Below, in pieces: positions 5,637 through 6,345 of a stretch of DNA of 6,345 bases. The notes under the pieces are model-generated. The model saw only the letters and a program-made list of their open reading frames with translations, was not told the DNA's origin and searched no databases. This stretch comes from Candidatus Wukongarchaeum yapensis (GTDB lineage: Archaea; Asgardarchaeota; Wukongarchaeia; Wukongarchaeales; Wukongarchaeaceae), in contig JAEOSI010000134.1 of the NCBI GenBank assembly GCA_016840425.1, positions 1 through 6,345 on the forward strand, written 5' to 3'. How positions within the stretch are numbered: position 1 is the first letter of the stretch; each line of letters starts with the position of its first letter. Made by a program: the position numbers and the translations under genes.

Positions 5637-5755
5637 GTGAACTACTCCCAGCTATTGCAAGGAGCTTCCTGGTTCAACGACTGAACTTGCCGAGATTTCT
5701 CTCGGTAGAGGTTCTATCTCCACAGGCATAAATTTGGACAGTCCCTGCCCTAACA
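5617..5755 (-). ncRNA. Predicted TnpB omegaRNA (reRNA): scaffold ~5755-5637 plus flank-derived guide 5636-~5617
   Basis: Minus-strand hairpins are GGGCAG-GGA-CTGTCC (5750-5736), CCGAGA-GAAA-TCTCGG (5705-5690, GNRA loop), GTTCA-GTCGT-TGAAC and the terminal CTCC...GGAG stem. omegaRNAs are known to overlap the tnpB 3' end and the right end. The 5' boundary is approximate. Confidence 0.7.
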
Positions 5756-6345
5756 CTTCTAAACCTCTTTTCAGAACTACAAACGAGGAGTTGTAGTCTC
5801 TATCAATTTCTAACCCACAGTAAGGACATTTATGAGTTCTAATATACAAACTCTTCTTCACTCCTTCCCCACATCTATAACATTCTTGTGTTGTTCCTCT
5901 TGGATTGACTTCTACAACCGTCTTACCGGCTCTTTCAGCCTTGTAAGACAGAAATTGCGTGAATTTGTTCCAAGAGGAATCCATTATATACCGAGCATTA
6001 TAACTTATCCTTATCAAACCGTTTACATTTAACTTCTCAATAGCTATTAAATCATAGTTGTTGACATAAAACCTTAATAGTTTGTGTAAGAAGTCATCCC
6101 TCTGGTTTTTGATCTTTTCATGGATTTTTGCAACTTTTATTTTCTGTTTATTATAGTTGTTTGAACCTTTCTTTTTCTTGGATAATTTCTGTTGTTTTTT
6201 TCTCAAACTTTTCAAAGATTTGTTTAGATAAAGAGGGTGTTCTATTTGTCTGCCACAAGTATCGGTAACGTAGTGGATTATGCCCACATCAATCCCTACA
6301 CCTTTTTCAATCCCTTTTTTATCAGGAATGGTTTGTTCACAACAA
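5637..6345 (-). mobile_element. IS200/IS605-family element, right end and tnpB 3' part; left end outside the window
   Basis: The minus strand ends GAAG-CTCCTTGC-AATA-GCTGGGAG-TAGTTCAC at 5637. This is the subterminal hairpin (5664-5645) plus TCAC terminus typical of IS605/IS1341-group right ends. It abuts the interrupted host gene with no visible terminal inverted repeat. Confidence 0.88.
5652..6344 (-). CDS. tnpB: TnpB RNA-guided endonuclease, 5'-partial (C-terminal ~230 aa)
   Basis: The frame is open to the window edge (CCEQTIPDKKGIEKGVGIDVGII). It contains RuvC-I GIDVG (Asp at 6290-6288), a Lys-rich helix, RDDFLHK, RuvC-II IAIEKLN, the zinc finger CYRCG...CPYCG and RuvC-III DRDYNSS. The track's GTG at 6287 is an internal Val. 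Confidence 0.95.
   Translation of the reverse strand, partial: CCEQTIPDKKGIEKGVGIDVGIIHYVTDTCGRQIEHPLYLNKSLKSLRKKQQKLSKKKKGSNNYNKQKIKVAKIHEKIKNQRDDFLHKLLRFYVNNYDLIAIEKLNVNGLIRISYNARYIMDSSWNKFTQFLSYKAERAGKTVVEVNPRGTTQECYRCGEGVKKSLYIRTHKCPYCGLEIDRDYNSSFVVLKRGLEVLGQGLSKFMPVEIEPLPREISASSVVEPGSSLQ

Noticed and set aside
5300-5731. The 143-aa ORF taken as a complete protein
   Set aside because: Everything after 5636 is IS-derived, and the likelier start is ATG 5309, which overlaps the upstream TGA.
5832-6032. Track ORF of 66 aa on the plus strand
   Set aside because: It is an antisense shadow of tnpB.

Overview
AT-rich window that looks archaeal: it has GGTGA/GGAG Shine-Dalgarno motifs, BRE-TATA-like promoters and oligo-T terminators. 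I cannot assign taxonomy from the sequence alone. Two genes in the middle look intact: a YkgJ-type cysteine-cluster protein (1494-2075, +) and a 770-aa cell-surface protein (2264-4576, -). The latter has a signal peptide, a GIFT/DUF4350-like domain, four ~102-aa Ig-like repeats and a C-terminal membrane anchor. The flanks are decayed. On the left are the 3' part of a ribbon-helix-helix regulator and a DUF885 pseudogene (342-1071, -) with two frameshifts, two nonsense codons and a large in-frame internal deletion. On the right is a small + strand operon that the ORF track mostly misses: a hypothetical gene with an internal TAG, an Lrp/AsnC-like remnant with an internal TAA, and a QW-motif prenyltransferase/squalene-cyclase-fold gene. 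That last gene is cut at position 5636 by an IS200/IS605-family element, whose right end, predicted omegaRNA and catalytically intact tnpB 3' part fill the rest of the window. I see no clear evidence of a wholly new system. The best leads are the base-precise TnpB insertion with its host-derived guide, the surface-protein architecture, and the pattern of gene decay. All family assignments come from motif recognition by eye, not from database searches.
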